A stretch of DNA of 64,000 bases from assembly GCA_977017645.1 (NCBI GenBank), contig OZ360230.1, positions 73,842,001 to 73,906,000 of the forward strand, in the 5' to 3' direction. A program made the position numbers and the translations under genes. This document shows, one piece after another, positions 51,401-60,368 of the stretch (the stretch's first letter is position 1; each line of letters opens with the position of its first letter). Origin of the DNA: Torpedo marmorata. Lineage: Eukaryota. The notes under the pieces are model-generated. The model was not told the DNA's origin and did no database searches. It saw only the letters and a program-made list of their open reading frames with translations.

Positions 51401-54400
51401 GGGTAACAGGGGTTTTACTCTATGTAAAAGATGTCTGTCACATTATTCTAATGTGAAATCTCACAAATAATGTGTTCTCTTTAAACCATTTGTTAATGAG
51501 ATAATTAGAAGTTTTAAGTAGTGTATAATAATGCACTGTATTCTTTTATGGTCAGTCTAGCGTTGTTGCAGGCTTTGTGAATGCTACTTAAACTAATACA
51601 GGATGTGGGTTTAGATGGGGATATTGTGTCTATTCTCTTGTAGAAAAGAAAGTGTTCCAGTAATTGGAAATTAACATCAACTCCCTATTAAAAGAATCAT
51701 GGAACTTGTATCAGCCATTATTTATATGTTGTCTGACTCATAAAAATGAATATAAATATATATATATATATTCAATGATAAACTGAATAAAGTGCTACTG
51801 ATGTGAGATTTTCACAGGAAATTATTGTAATAATAGAATTGCAACATTTTAGTCGGTGCATTATGGTGAGTATTTTGAATATAAAAGGAAACCAGTTTTA
51901 AAATGTGGACATTTCAAAATAGACTTACCATGAAATAGAATGTGGGCTTTTTTCTTTTATGTTTTGCATTGCCTTGAACAGAATTGAGGCAAATTCTCAG
52001 AAATCTCGGATTTCAGCAAATAAATTGATACATTCCGATCATGGCTGGTTAGGAGATGTCTGGATAAACCAAATAGTCTTTGTGTTATAAATGTGATGCA
52101 ACTCTTGGCTGTAGAAAAGCAGGAAGCAGGGGGACAGCATGTATTTATTAATGGCACAAATGAAATAATTCACATTACATAGAGATAACAGCACTATCTG
52201 TGCAGATTCAGCAGTACAAAAATTGAGAAAATAGTGAAGTTCCGTACAGGTTTTAAGCATCTGGATTCTGTCCCTGGATCTATCATTGGGATCTTTTGTT
52301 GATGTGTTCTTTGATGTGTAGAAATGGTGCTTAACTTAAAAGGATTAGGCATACCAACTGAGAGGCCTTACACCTGTGCAATTCAGACACGAAGGAAATT
52401 TCTGCCTGCCTCACTGGGAAAGGCTTTTAATAAGTACTTGAGTCCATTGAAAAGTCAAAGTGCAGTTAGAACATTCAGAAATCTTGTGAGATACACTCAG
52501 TCGAACTTTTCATTGTGGTTTTCCTTCTACAGTAATGGGGTGTTCCATTTTATTACTTCTATATGTAAAGTTGGACCAGTTTTCTGTTCAGTAATATTTA
52601 ATTTTGCAACATTCAAAATATGAAAAGGCACACAGTATGATTTGATGTTTTTCATTGAACTTTAAATGTACTGTTAAGTATGCTTGAATCCGATTGCTTT
52701 AGTAGGAAATGTAAACTATCTATTGTGAACTGTATATTAAATGTTAGAAAAATTGTTTCTTGCTGTTTACAAATGAAACACATTGTTGAGTTGGCATGTC
52801 AAATCATGCTGTCACTTGTGAATTGATTGGCATTTTTGGATTTCACCAATGACTTGGGCTGTCAGTTAGTGTGGTTGTTACTTGCCAAATGTGAAGTACT
52901 GCCAAGAAAATGTTGCTTATTGGTTATACCGTGTCGTAAGGAGTCCATCTGATGACTGACTCTGGGAGAAACTATTGAGTGAATGCTGAACGATCATGCA
53001 TCTAAACGTTGTAGCTGGATTCTATTTGAGAAACCTGGAGAAATTATTTCAGTGCAAATGAAAATCGCATGGATTCTGAAGTAGCCAGGTGATCAGTTAT
53101 GTCAGTGCACCACCCAAATGTCAATGAAAATAACTTGCTGGGTGGGTGTTTCACATGAAAGTTAGTAAAGTGAGAACCTGGGTGATTTGGGGTGAAAAAG
53201 AAAAGTTCTCAAAGTTGTGTTGAAACAAAGACCAATCTGTATGTTGGTTCTTCCTCCAGTCCCAATGCAAGTGAATTGCTAATCAGGTCTCAAGTAGTTC
53301 AGTCTGTTTTACTGTTGATGACCTTTATTGCTAGCCAAGCTATTAAATACTTCAGCTATCATTTTTCTCAGGCTGGATAGGTCTGATACAGCAGAGTTAT
53401 CAAACAATCTTTCTCATTGATTGCAAAAGAATATTAAATGTAATTAAATGTGTCTAAACATAGTTAAAAGTGGCTGCTGTGATTCTAATTAAAAAGAGAA
53501 AACCACCCCAACCCCTTTCCATTAATATGGGTAATACAGTATTACAATCTTCACCATGAATAGTGATTTTCTTTGTTACAAAGTATTACAGCTATGGCAG
53601 GGAGTGCAGGCCATTACAGCCTACAAAGCGAGGGCGAACACTATAGACGGCTGTGATGCTTCACTACCCGATGAGCTGAACACCTTCTATGCCCGCTTTG
53701 AGAAGAAGAACCAAACAGTGCCTACTAGAATCCCTGAAAAGGCTGAGGACCCTGTGATATCTGTCTCTGAGGGCGATGTCAGAACATCATTCAAGAGGGT
53801 GAACCCTCGCAAGGCATCAGGCACTGACGGCGTACCTGGCAGGGTACTGAAAATCTGCGCCAACCAACTAGCCGGAGTGTTCACGGACATTTTCAACCTA
53901 TCATTGCGGCAGTCAGAGGTTCCCACCTGCTTCAAAAGGGCATCAATCATCCCGGTACTCAAGAAGAGTAGTGTGAGCTGCCTCAACGACTACCACCCAG
54001 TAGCACTAACTTCTACTGTGAGGAAATGCTTTGAGAGCCTGGTCATGGCCAGAATTAACACGTACCTAAGCAAAGATCTGGACCCACTGCAATTCACCTA
54101 TCGTCACAATCGCTCCACAGCAGATGCAATATCGCTCGCTCTCCACTCAGCTCTGGATCACCTCGAAAACAGCAATTCATACATACGGCTGCTCTTCATC
54201 GACTACAGCTCAGCCTTCAATACCATTATTCCCTCAGTGCTGGTCAAGAAGCTACAAACTCTAGGCCTCTGTACCCCCCTCTGCAACTGGATCCTTGACT
54301 TTCTCATCGGAAGACCACAGTCAGTACGAATTGGAAACAACGTCTCCTCCTCACTGATTATCAACACAGGCGCACCCCAAGGATGCGTGCTTAGCCCACT

Positions 54401-57400
54401 GCTCTACTCGTTATATACCCATGACTGTGTGGCCAGGCACAATTCCAATGCCATCTACAAGTTTGCCGATGACACCACAGTTGTCGGCAGAATCACAAAC
54501 GGTAATGAGGAAGTGTACAGGAGGGAGATAGATCAGCTCGTTGAATGGTGTAACGACAACAACCTTGCGCTCAACGTCAGCAAAACCAAGGAGATGATTG
54601 TGGACTTCAGGAGGAAGTCAGGGGAACACGACCCAGTCCTCATCGAGGGCTCAGTAGTAGAGAGGGTCAAGAACTTCAAATTCCTGGGTGTCAACATCTC
54701 CGAGGATCTGTCCTGGAGCCTCCACGTTGATGCAATCACAAAGAAGGCTCGTCAGCGGCTATACTTTGTGAGGTGTATGATGAGATTCGGTATGTCACCG
54801 AAGACTCTCGTAAACTTCTACAAGTGTACGGTGGAGAGCATTCTGGCTGGTTGCATCACTGCCTGATATGGAGGCGCCAACTCTCAGGACAAGAATAAAC
54901 TCCATAGGGTTGTTAACTCGGCCTGTGACATCACAGGCACCAGACTTCACTCCATCGAGGACATCTACACAAGGTGGTGTGTTAAAAAAGCAGCCTCTGT
55001 CCTCAAAGACCCCCACCACCCAGGCCATGCCCTCTTCACTCTGCTACCATCGGGAAAAGGTACAGGAACCTAAAGACAAGCACTCAACGGCACAAGGACA
55101 GCTTCTTCCCCGCTGCCATCAGATTCCTGAATAATCAATGAACCAAAGCCACTGCCTTACTTTTCGTGCACTATTATTTATATATATTTTTTTATAGTAA
55201 TGTCGTAAGATGGTTATAATATGAATGTTTGCACTATGATGCTGCCGCAAAACACCGAATTTCATGACTTGTTCATGAAAATAAATTCTGATTGTCAGTT
55301 TGATTTCCCAGCTTTGGGAAAGGCAAGTTCTTTTTAAATGAATCAATTTCCTGAATTCTGCCAAAAAGACATTAATCCAATATAAAATGATTTATCATTT
55401 GAATCGAACATTCAACATGTAATTTGCATTAAACTGTGGATTATTAACCAGCCAAGAGCAAGGAACTCTAATGTATATCCAAACAGTTTTGGACGTTTTT
55501 GATTTCCAGAGATCTTCAAATACGAAAATGGATATTTCTTGCATTTTGATCTCATCCTGACTTCTCCAAGGCTTATTTCATACTGGAGAAAATAAATTTG
55601 AACCTATTTAAAGATCAATTTAAATATGCAAATTGGAGATGTTTAAAAGAAAGTCGAGTAGAGTTCTGCTGATCTCAACATTTACTCATGTGGATTGATG
55701 AACAACTTCCCACCATTTCCCTAAAAGAAACCAGACGTGGGGAAAATTGGATCTTCCCTCAGTGTGGGCAAGAATAAATCCCCATGACAAAACTTAAAAT
55801 AAGTAAATACAGCATTAGTGTCAAAATTGGTCAAAGTAAATGTGAGGCTAATTGCACTTGCAGCTAAAGAGATGAGGTGCGTCATTCGACTGCTAACTTC
55901 AAAAATAACAGCTCATTGTACATTGAGTGGTACTTATGTTCATTATTGCTAATAATTTTCTCTGCCACTGAAAATCGATTATTATTGGTGTGCGTAGTCC
56001 TTTAGGTTTTAGTTATTGGAGATCCTTTAAAAAATTCAAAATTCAATCATTATTTCCACCTATTTACTACTTATTCTGTGTCTGGCTTGACATGAAAGTA
56101 ACTACTATTAACATAAATTTCCTCATTCAGACTTTGTACCATTAAATTCATAATCTTTCAGTCTGAATTGTTAAGGTGATACACAGTTGCTTGACAATTT
56201 GCAAATATCCCAGATGCACTGTAACAGATACCATGCCATATCCACCTTGCACTTTGTATCACTGACATTCAATAGATTTGAGCAAATGTAATAAAAAGCA
56301 GGTGATCTGGCATAGCAATTTTTGGGCCTTTGTTTTAGAATCTAAATTTTGCAGACCTATTGAATTTTTCAAATACTTGCATGAGTGAAATATGTAAAAC
56401 TGGTACACTGATTTTTTTTTTAGTAAATAAGAGATCAACAATTTTCAGTAAAATCTGAATATTCAAATAATAATTTGTTTATTAATGATTCTAAATTACT
56501 GTGAAACATTTGTTACTACATTAGTTAATATATTTTGCAAAGGAAAGGTTTTGAGATCTTGCTAATATTACAAGAAAAGGATTTGGGAGATAATTCAAAA
56601 ATCAAATTAAACTTGTTTAATATTATCCATAATTTGTGCTTATTAGTGCTTGCAGAGCCAGTATATGCTGCAGCAGAAGATGAATCTTGAATGATTTTTT
56701 AAATTCTTCAGACTTGAAAATATTCTTGATAAACAAAAAGTCAGAGTGATCTTCTTTGTACACTTGATAGCTGTGATTTGAACAGACTAAAAACTTGGCT
56801 TTGATTCTTTTTAACTAATTTACAGTTTTAATGTAAATATAAAAATGTGAAAACATTGGGTTGCAAAATACAAAAAAATTGTTTCTGTAGATCCAGTTCT
56901 GGAAAACAGGAGGGGGAATGTACAGAAAGGGAAAATACCTGGAATGTGGGGATTTCAGTCGAGAAAAATGACCCATGACTTTATAAAAACAGTCAACTGC
57001 TTAATGATCAGTTGCAAAAAGATGTTTTCTGATACAGAAGAGAGACAAAATAGAAGGAAGCAACACTCTTTAGTAATTTTTTTTAAACCAGAAAACTATG
57101 GTTGAATTTTTAAAAAATATGTTAAGTCAGCTGTACATTTTAAATTATTTATTAATGCAAATGTTGCTTGGTTCTTTGGTGAAGAGCATTTTGCGCCTTT
57201 GATGGTTAATTATCTAGAAAACGTGCTAAAGACTAGTTATTCATTTGGATTCTGAAAAAAGCAGGGTTTTGGCCACCATCATCAAAGCGTAGCTTACTTC
57301 TGACCTGCGGAAGACAATTATGAATTTTAATTTAAAGCTGTTCAAGATTTAATTAAAGCTGTTATCAGTTATCAGCTGCGGGGCAGTGTGAGAGAAGTGA

Positions 57401-57620
57401 ATTGCATCTGCTGGTTATCGAAGGTGGAGATAAACTGATGGTTTTTGTTCTGTTTCTTCCTTTCATAGATTCCACTTTCTTCCCGGGTCGTTGTGCAGAG
57501 ATCTTTGCTAAAGGTCAGAGCATAGGCAAGCTGGGAGTTCTGCACCCTGATGTTATCACCAAATTTGAACTGACCATGCCCTGCTCTGCGCTCGAGATTG
57601 ATATTGAGCCCTTTCTTTGA
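6145..57620 (+). CDS. FARSB: Phenylalanine--tRNA ligase beta subunit, spliced gene, exons 2-17 (exon 1 not in window). join(6145..6200,6944..7098,7244..7316,9421..9536,10402..10552,12346..12454,13641..13711,13808..13869,14116..14167,17278..17339,17423..17630,20064..20144,22889..22981,28853..28970,35034..35186,57469..57620)
   Basis: Manual translation gives colinear FARSB peptides ([109 protein letters not shown]...EPFL*). All introns are GT-AG with matching phases; coding exons total 1712 nt. Confidence 0.97.
6944..7098 (+). CDS. FARSB: FARSB exon 3 (155 nt)
   Basis: ttgcag|ACA TCT...AAC AG|gtaata; [51 protein letters not shown]. Confidence 0.96.
7244..7316 (+). CDS. FARSB: FARSB exon 4 (73 nt)
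   Basis: aaacag|A ATT...AAA GAG|gtaaga; [24 protein letters not shown]. Confidence 0.94.
7625..8510 (+). mobile_element. Rex1/Babar LINE fragment with internal deletion
   Basis: [49 protein letters not shown]; tail gagaataaatttgaactttgaa. Confidence 0.85.
9421..9536 (+). CDS. FARSB: FARSB exon 5 (116 nt)
   Basis: ttgtag|ACA GTG...TGC AG|gtgaga; [38 protein letters not shown]. Confidence 0.96.
9559..9775 (-). mobile_element. Rex1/Babar 3' tail fragment, about 20 nt downstream of exon 5
   Basis: agaatcagaatttattgtcatgaac... closely similar to 2128-2330. Confidence 0.75.
9980..10260 (+). mobile_element. Degraded Penelope 3' terminus
   Basis: Pyrimidine-rich block followed by gtctggatgaagggttctgacccaaaatgtc...tgctgcttgactcgctg. 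Confidence 0.55.
10402..10552 (+). CDS. FARSB: FARSB exon 6 (151 nt)
   Basis: ctccag|G AAG...TAT AGG|gtaaga; [50 protein letters not shown]. Confidence 0.96.
12346..12454 (+). CDS. FARSB: FARSB exon 7 (109 nt)
   Basis: tttcag|ACA GAT...AAT G|gtgagt; [36 protein letters not shown]. Confidence 0.96.
13641..13711 (+). CDS. FARSB: FARSB exon 8 (71 nt)
   Basis: tgctag|GA GAT...ACT AAA|gtaagt; [23 protein letters not shown]. Confidence 0.95.
13808..13869 (+). CDS. FARSB: FARSB exon 9 (62 nt)
   Basis: taacag|GCA AAA...TTC AC|gtaagt; [20 protein letters not shown]. Confidence 0.95.
14116..14167 (+). CDS. FARSB: FARSB exon 10 (52 nt)
   Basis: tcttag|A GTT...TAC CCA|gtgagt; [17 protein letters not shown]. 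Confidence 0.93.
15083..15316 (+). mobile_element. CR1-clade LINE/SINE 3' end nested in the MITE
   Basis: gtggaattcgttgcc...gatgggccgaatggcctacttctg: typical chondrichthyan CR1 (HER1-like) tail, similar to 47600-47820. Confidence 0.7.
15518..16327 (+). mobile_element. GC-rich non-autonomous retroelement, copy A
   Basis: 5' gcggcgctgccgctggtgcggacc, internal caagatggcagcgcc, 3' tatgacaataaattgaatcttgaatct; no protein-coding capacity recognised. Confidence 0.78.
17278..17339 (+). CDS. FARSB: FARSB exon 11 (62 nt)
   Basis: ttgcag|GAG ATG...ATC AA|gtaagt; [20 protein letters not shown]. Confidence 0.94.
17423..17630 (+). CDS. FARSB: FARSB exon 12 (208 nt)
   Basis: ttttag|T GAA...AAT CAG|gtgaga; [15 protein letters not shown]...[26 protein letters not shown]...ANQ (B5 domain). 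Confidence 0.97.
18100..18637 (+). mobile_element. Old Tigger-like MITE
   Basis: Imperfect TIRs cagtaaaactcc... / ...ggagtcttacgg|ta. Confidence 0.45.
20064..20144 (+). CDS. FARSB: FARSB exon 13 (81 nt)
   Basis: ctttag|TTA CCA...GCG CTG|gtgagt; [27 protein letters not shown]. Confidence 0.95.
20155..20664 (-). mobile_element. 5'-truncated L1 (ORF2 C-terminus plus 3'UTR), antisense, with 13-bp TSD
   Basis: Minus strand [35 protein letters not shown]; T-rich tail at 20155; TSD CTGGTGAGTTCTT at 20142-20154 and 20665-20677. Confidence 0.88.
21230..21990 (+). mobile_element. Degraded Penelope fragment and terminus
   Basis: CT-rich 3' region ending ccagaagaaaggtctcaatgcaaaacgtcag...gcagatgctgcc...gcatctgcagtctc. 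Confidence 0.55.
22233..22445 (+). mobile_element. Tigger-like MITE (short, uninterrupted copy)
   Basis: TA|CAGTAAATCCCC ... GGGGTTTTACTG|TA. Confidence 0.8.
22889..22981 (+). CDS. FARSB: FARSB exon 14 (93 nt)
   Basis: tttcag|TGT TCT...TTT CAG|gtaaga; [31 protein letters not shown]. Confidence 0.96.
24181..24735 (+). mobile_element. Penelope-like element 3' part (GIY-YIG C-terminus plus terminus), containing a (TC)n tract
   Basis: [38 protein letters not shown]; hammerhead-like motif at 24632-24667. Confidence 0.85.
24925..27618 (-). mobile_element. CR1-clade LINE, 2.7-kb 5'-truncated ORF2 (endonuclease C-terminus plus RT, frameshifted)
   Basis: [18 protein letters not shown]; [11 protein letters not shown]; [23 protein letters not shown]; [33 protein letters not shown]. 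Confidence 0.93.
27627..28515 (+). mobile_element. Rex1/Babar LINE 3' portion
   Basis: [26 protein letters not shown]; tail taaacttgaactt. Confidence 0.85.
28853..28970 (+). CDS. FARSB: FARSB exon 15 (118 nt)
   Basis: attcag|GTT GCT...TCA G|gtactt; [39 protein letters not shown]. Confidence 0.96.
30070..30492 (-). mobile_element. Degraded CR1 3' fragment
   Basis: Similar to the reverse complement of the CR1 tail (aaatttctgccctctcaccgtaaacctatg; ccaggcaacatcctggtga). Confidence 0.55.
30495..31300 (-). mobile_element. Penelope fragment with inverted 5' part (31095-31300 on + strand)
   Basis: Minus: [21 protein letters not shown] plus terminus. Plus: [32 protein letters not shown]. Confidence 0.7.
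31811..32356 (+). mobile_element. CR1 LINE 3' end
   Basis: [42 protein letters not shown]; tail atttctatgttcta. Confidence 0.88.
32811..33345 (+). mobile_element. Penelope-like element 3' part
   Basis: [45 protein letters not shown]; hammerhead-like motif at 33204-33239. Confidence 0.85.
34546..34608. repeat. Short tandem duplication, 34-bp unit x ~1.9
   Basis: ttaggt(a/g)tggagaatatttgtggttgaaa occurs twice in tandem. Confidence 0.8.
35034..35186 (+). CDS. FARSB: FARSB exon 16 (153 nt)
   Basis: atacag|AT GTT...GAT G|gtgagc; [50 protein letters not shown]. Confidence 0.96.
35917..37107. mobile_element. Penelope insertion with inverted terminal (pseudo-LTR) arrangement
   Basis: Minus-strand GIY-YIG peptide [54 protein letters not shown]; 35952-36180 is the reverse complement of 36891-37107. 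Confidence 0.9.
37975..38650 (-). mobile_element. Penelope-like element 3' part, inserted into an older LINE remnant (~37590-37960 and ~38650-39110)
   Basis: [61 protein letters not shown]. Confidence 0.85.
41905..42583 (+). mobile_element. Rex1/Babar LINE 3' end
   Basis: [53 protein letters not shown]; tail gacaataaatctgaaatctgaa. Confidence 0.9.
43262..43750 (+). repeat. Minisatellite, 13 copies of a 36-38-bp unit TGTTGGGGTCTGGGACGTTCTGGGTGAAAGGG(T/A)GCTGA
   Basis: Units counted directly: ten of 38 bp, one of 37 bp, two of 36 bp. Confidence 0.97.
46045..47820 (+). mobile_element. CR1 LINE RT-3' fragment interrupted by the GC-rich element
   Basis: [42 protein letters not shown]; CR1 3' tail to ~47820. 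Confidence 0.88.
46205..46706 (+). mobile_element. GC-rich non-autonomous retroelement, copy C (internally deleted)
   Basis: atggcagcgctgccgctggtgcggacc head; tail catgacaataaagtaatcttgaatc. Confidence 0.7.
50098..50837 (+). mobile_element. hAT (Charlie-like) MITE inserted in the L1
   Basis: TIRs CAGCGTTTCCCAAACT / AGTTTGGGAAGCCCTG; perfect 8-bp TSD GTCTACGG (50090-50097, 50838-50845); L1 coding sequence resumes after it. Confidence 0.9.
50356..50746 (+). repeat. GC-rich minisatellite, ~38-41-bp unit GGGGGTAGCCAGGCCTGTGGCGGGGAGCGAGGGGCCGCGGC
   Basis: About 7 near-complete units plus partial and variant units inside the hAT MITE. Confidence 0.9.
53584..55293 (+). mobile_element. Young 5'-truncated Rex1/Babar LINE with long RT ORF (53556-54866), inactivated
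   Basis: [63 protein letters not shown]; premature TGA at the conserved W of CITAWYG; no endonuclease domain. Confidence 0.95.
57469..57620 (+). CDS. FARSB: FARSB exon 17, coding part with TGA stop
   Basis: tcatag|AT TCC...; [49 protein letters not shown]. Confidence 0.97.
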
Positions 57621-57880
57621 AGGATGAGACTGCTTAGTTCTTAGCACATTTTGTCGTTCAGCCATTCTTTACAAAAAGCAGCTAGTGACACTGTTCAAGT
57701 GTTAAGATTAATATTTAATAAGGCAAAGGATCCTATGTCTGCTTTGTGGTTAAATATGTTTTCCACGCTGTAATTTTATCTGTTTGCTTGGAACATTATA
57801 GTATATTCTTTTGCATAAATACTAAAACTATAAATGTATGAAACAACAATCCAATGCAACGTAAATGTAACATGAGAATT

Positions 57881-57886
57881 AATAAA
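57881..57886 (+). terminator. Candidate FARSB polyadenylation signal AATAAA (3'UTR ~280 nt)
   Basis: First canonical AATAAA after the stop codon, in AT-rich context; no transcript evidence. Confidence 0.55.
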
Positions 57887-59690
57887 TTAATTAACATTGA
57901 AATATTTGATGCACAGATGTTTGATGCTCAGATCTGTAACATTCTAACTCAGTGACATCATATGGATTTTTCTCCAGCAGCAAACACAATTGTGGAAGAA
58001 AAGCAATGATAGCTGATAGAATAGTTTTATTAAGTACCATAAAGTCGTACTGAGGGTTCCCCATGATTACTGCAGAGGGTACAGAAAGTGTCAGCTGCCT
58101 TTATATATTTTGTGCTCCAAATGGAAGAACGGCCCAATTAGATTAATGTTTAAGTAATATTTGCATGTCCACAAAGTTTTGCCTACAAGGATATACCGGT
58201 AACTGGATTTACTCAGTTGAAAATGGGTGTTGATGCTACATTACTTTAAAGAGGGAGTTGTAATTAGTGTTGATTGGGCTTTATGCAGAGGGAATGTGAA
58301 ACCAAAGCTTTTCTCCAAGTGATAGAAGTGTACCTCCCAGTTGTCAAGCAAAGATGAGAACTTTGCTGCATTATTTTACAGATGGATTCTTCATGGAGAG
58401 GGAAATTTGTTTTGGATTGTTGAACAACATTCAGCTGAAGACTGACCTGTTATGTAATTCTGTTATAAAATTACAAATTTAATATATAAAATGTTAAACT
58501 TTTTGACTTATGATTTTTAAGCTTTAAAAATCATTGTTTAGGTGTGTGATTAGTCTTGCAAATTATTATCAATCTTCTCCTTTTAGCCCCTCTCACTTCA
58601 GCTTCCTTCATTACATTTGAAGTTGATGTTCTGTCAATCAGTTGTAGGAAGCAGCTGTATTGTTTTTGTCTCTTAGTTGAATGGCCAAATGTGTCCTGGT
58701 TTGAACTAATGAGACCCACTGTCATGCCTTTGGGCATCTATAAACTTTGAAATCATTGTAGTTTATTTTTTGGTGCTCGGAAATTTTGACTACTACATAC
58801 TTTCTCTCTTGATTTGGAGTGTAATTTGTGCAGGTAGTAAATTTAAAGCATAAGAGTTTTGACTAAATTGTTAACACACCAACAATCAAAAAGTCTGGGA
58901 TTGTTTGTTGTGTTAAGTAAAGCAGTAGTCATTAACCAACCTTCTAAAAGATATTGAAGAAAATTTGCAAGTGGAATCTTTTACAATTAACTTCACCTAT
59001 ACTGGCATTCCAGATGAAACAGCAAGTGGTTCCATGGGGTTAATCGGGTATATAATTGTAGAAGTTCCCAGTTTTAATCCTAGTTTTCAATAGTTGGCTG
59101 ATTTTATTGGGATTGTGTTACTCTGTGATTGGTTTCCTGTTGCTTTGACTTAAAAAAAATTTTTTTAAATGGCTTGACTTCATTCTCCATTCTTCATCCA
59201 AGGCCTGCTGGATATACATATGAAATGGTTTTCTAGATTTCAAACATAAGTGAGAATGTTTGTATTGTTCTGTCTAGTACTCCAGAAGATCTTAATTTCA
59301 CAAATTGATATTTGATCTGTTATAAGGCTATGGCGTATGTCAAAGAGAAATTAATCTTGCTGATGTACTTCTTGCTACCAGTCAACTGCATAAGACTTGG
59401 GAGCAGAAATAGGCTATTCAGCCCATTGAGTCTGCCCCGAAAGTATAAATATCCCTTAAAATAAGTCTTATATGAAGAGTACAGTAATTACCAAAAGTGA
59501 CTTATTTGACTGCAGATATTGGCTCCTCGTGTTTAATGTGAAGTTTTATCTGTAACTCAGGTGCTCCCATCCAGTTTATTATCAGATCAGCCAAAAACTT
59601 GTTTAAAAACAACTTACTTTCATGTCACTTTGAAACACCATTTCTGAAAATGTGGATAACTGTTGCCCTCTTTCATGAGAGGAAAATCAA

Positions 59691-60368
59691 AAATGGCGGT
59701 GCTGCCGCTGGTGTGGGCCCAGGAGAACGGAGACACTGCATCCTAACACCAGCGGCTCTGTATAGGCATTAAATGGCCTGTTATAGGAGCCGACGATGTT
59801 TTTAAACTAAATTCTTGCAACCACAGGTCTGTGCCCAAGATGACGGCAACTGTGCTCGGCAGTGGCCACGAGGGGTTGCATACTCCAGGGAGTAGCGGAT
59901 CGGCACAGGGCACCTGAAACGGGGAGAACACCCCCCTTTGAAAAGGAGAGGACCCTACTGGATGGTGACCACAGGGGCAGATCAGCAAGGGGCTTAGCGG
60001 TCGGGGGACCCCTGCAGGCTGCTGGAGGGAACCAGGTATCGGAGCCGGGATTCAAGAGTGTGCTGAGGGCAAGAAGGGCGACCAAAGGGCCTTGGGTGCT
60101 AAAGCCTTCCAGATTGTGTTGGAGATTTGGATCTGGAGCTTGGGTTGTCGATGGATCGAACAGGAGTCTTTGCAGCTGCAGAGGCTACGGGAGAGCTGGA
60201 GGTGAATCCACAGACACTCAGTGATCCTGAAGGGACTCTTGCTTCTCTTTGTCATACTGTAAGGGGCGCCGGGCGACACTAATGACGACTCTTACAGCAG
60301 TCAGAAGGCAATTTTGTTTAATATTACATGTTCTGTACTATTACATAATAAAGGAATCTCATATCTCG
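59691..60368 (+). mobile_element. GC-rich non-autonomous retroelement, copy D
   Basis: aaatggcggtgctgccgctggtg head, ggagccgacgatg, cccaagatgacggc, tail cataataaaggaatctc. Confidence 0.72.

Larger units (their letters stand above)
48473..51420 (+). mobile_element. Tigger-like MITE split by an L1 insertion
   Basis: Left end TA|CAGTAAGACCCCTG at 48473; remainder 51245-51420 ends CAGGGGTTTTACTC|TA; homologous to 22233-22445. Confidence 0.8.

Noticed and set aside
6201-57468. U12-type (minor) introns in FARSB
   Set aside because: No donor matches RTATCCTT; all are U2-type GT-AG, although the intron 2 (GTACAG) and intron 15 (GTACTT) donors are weak
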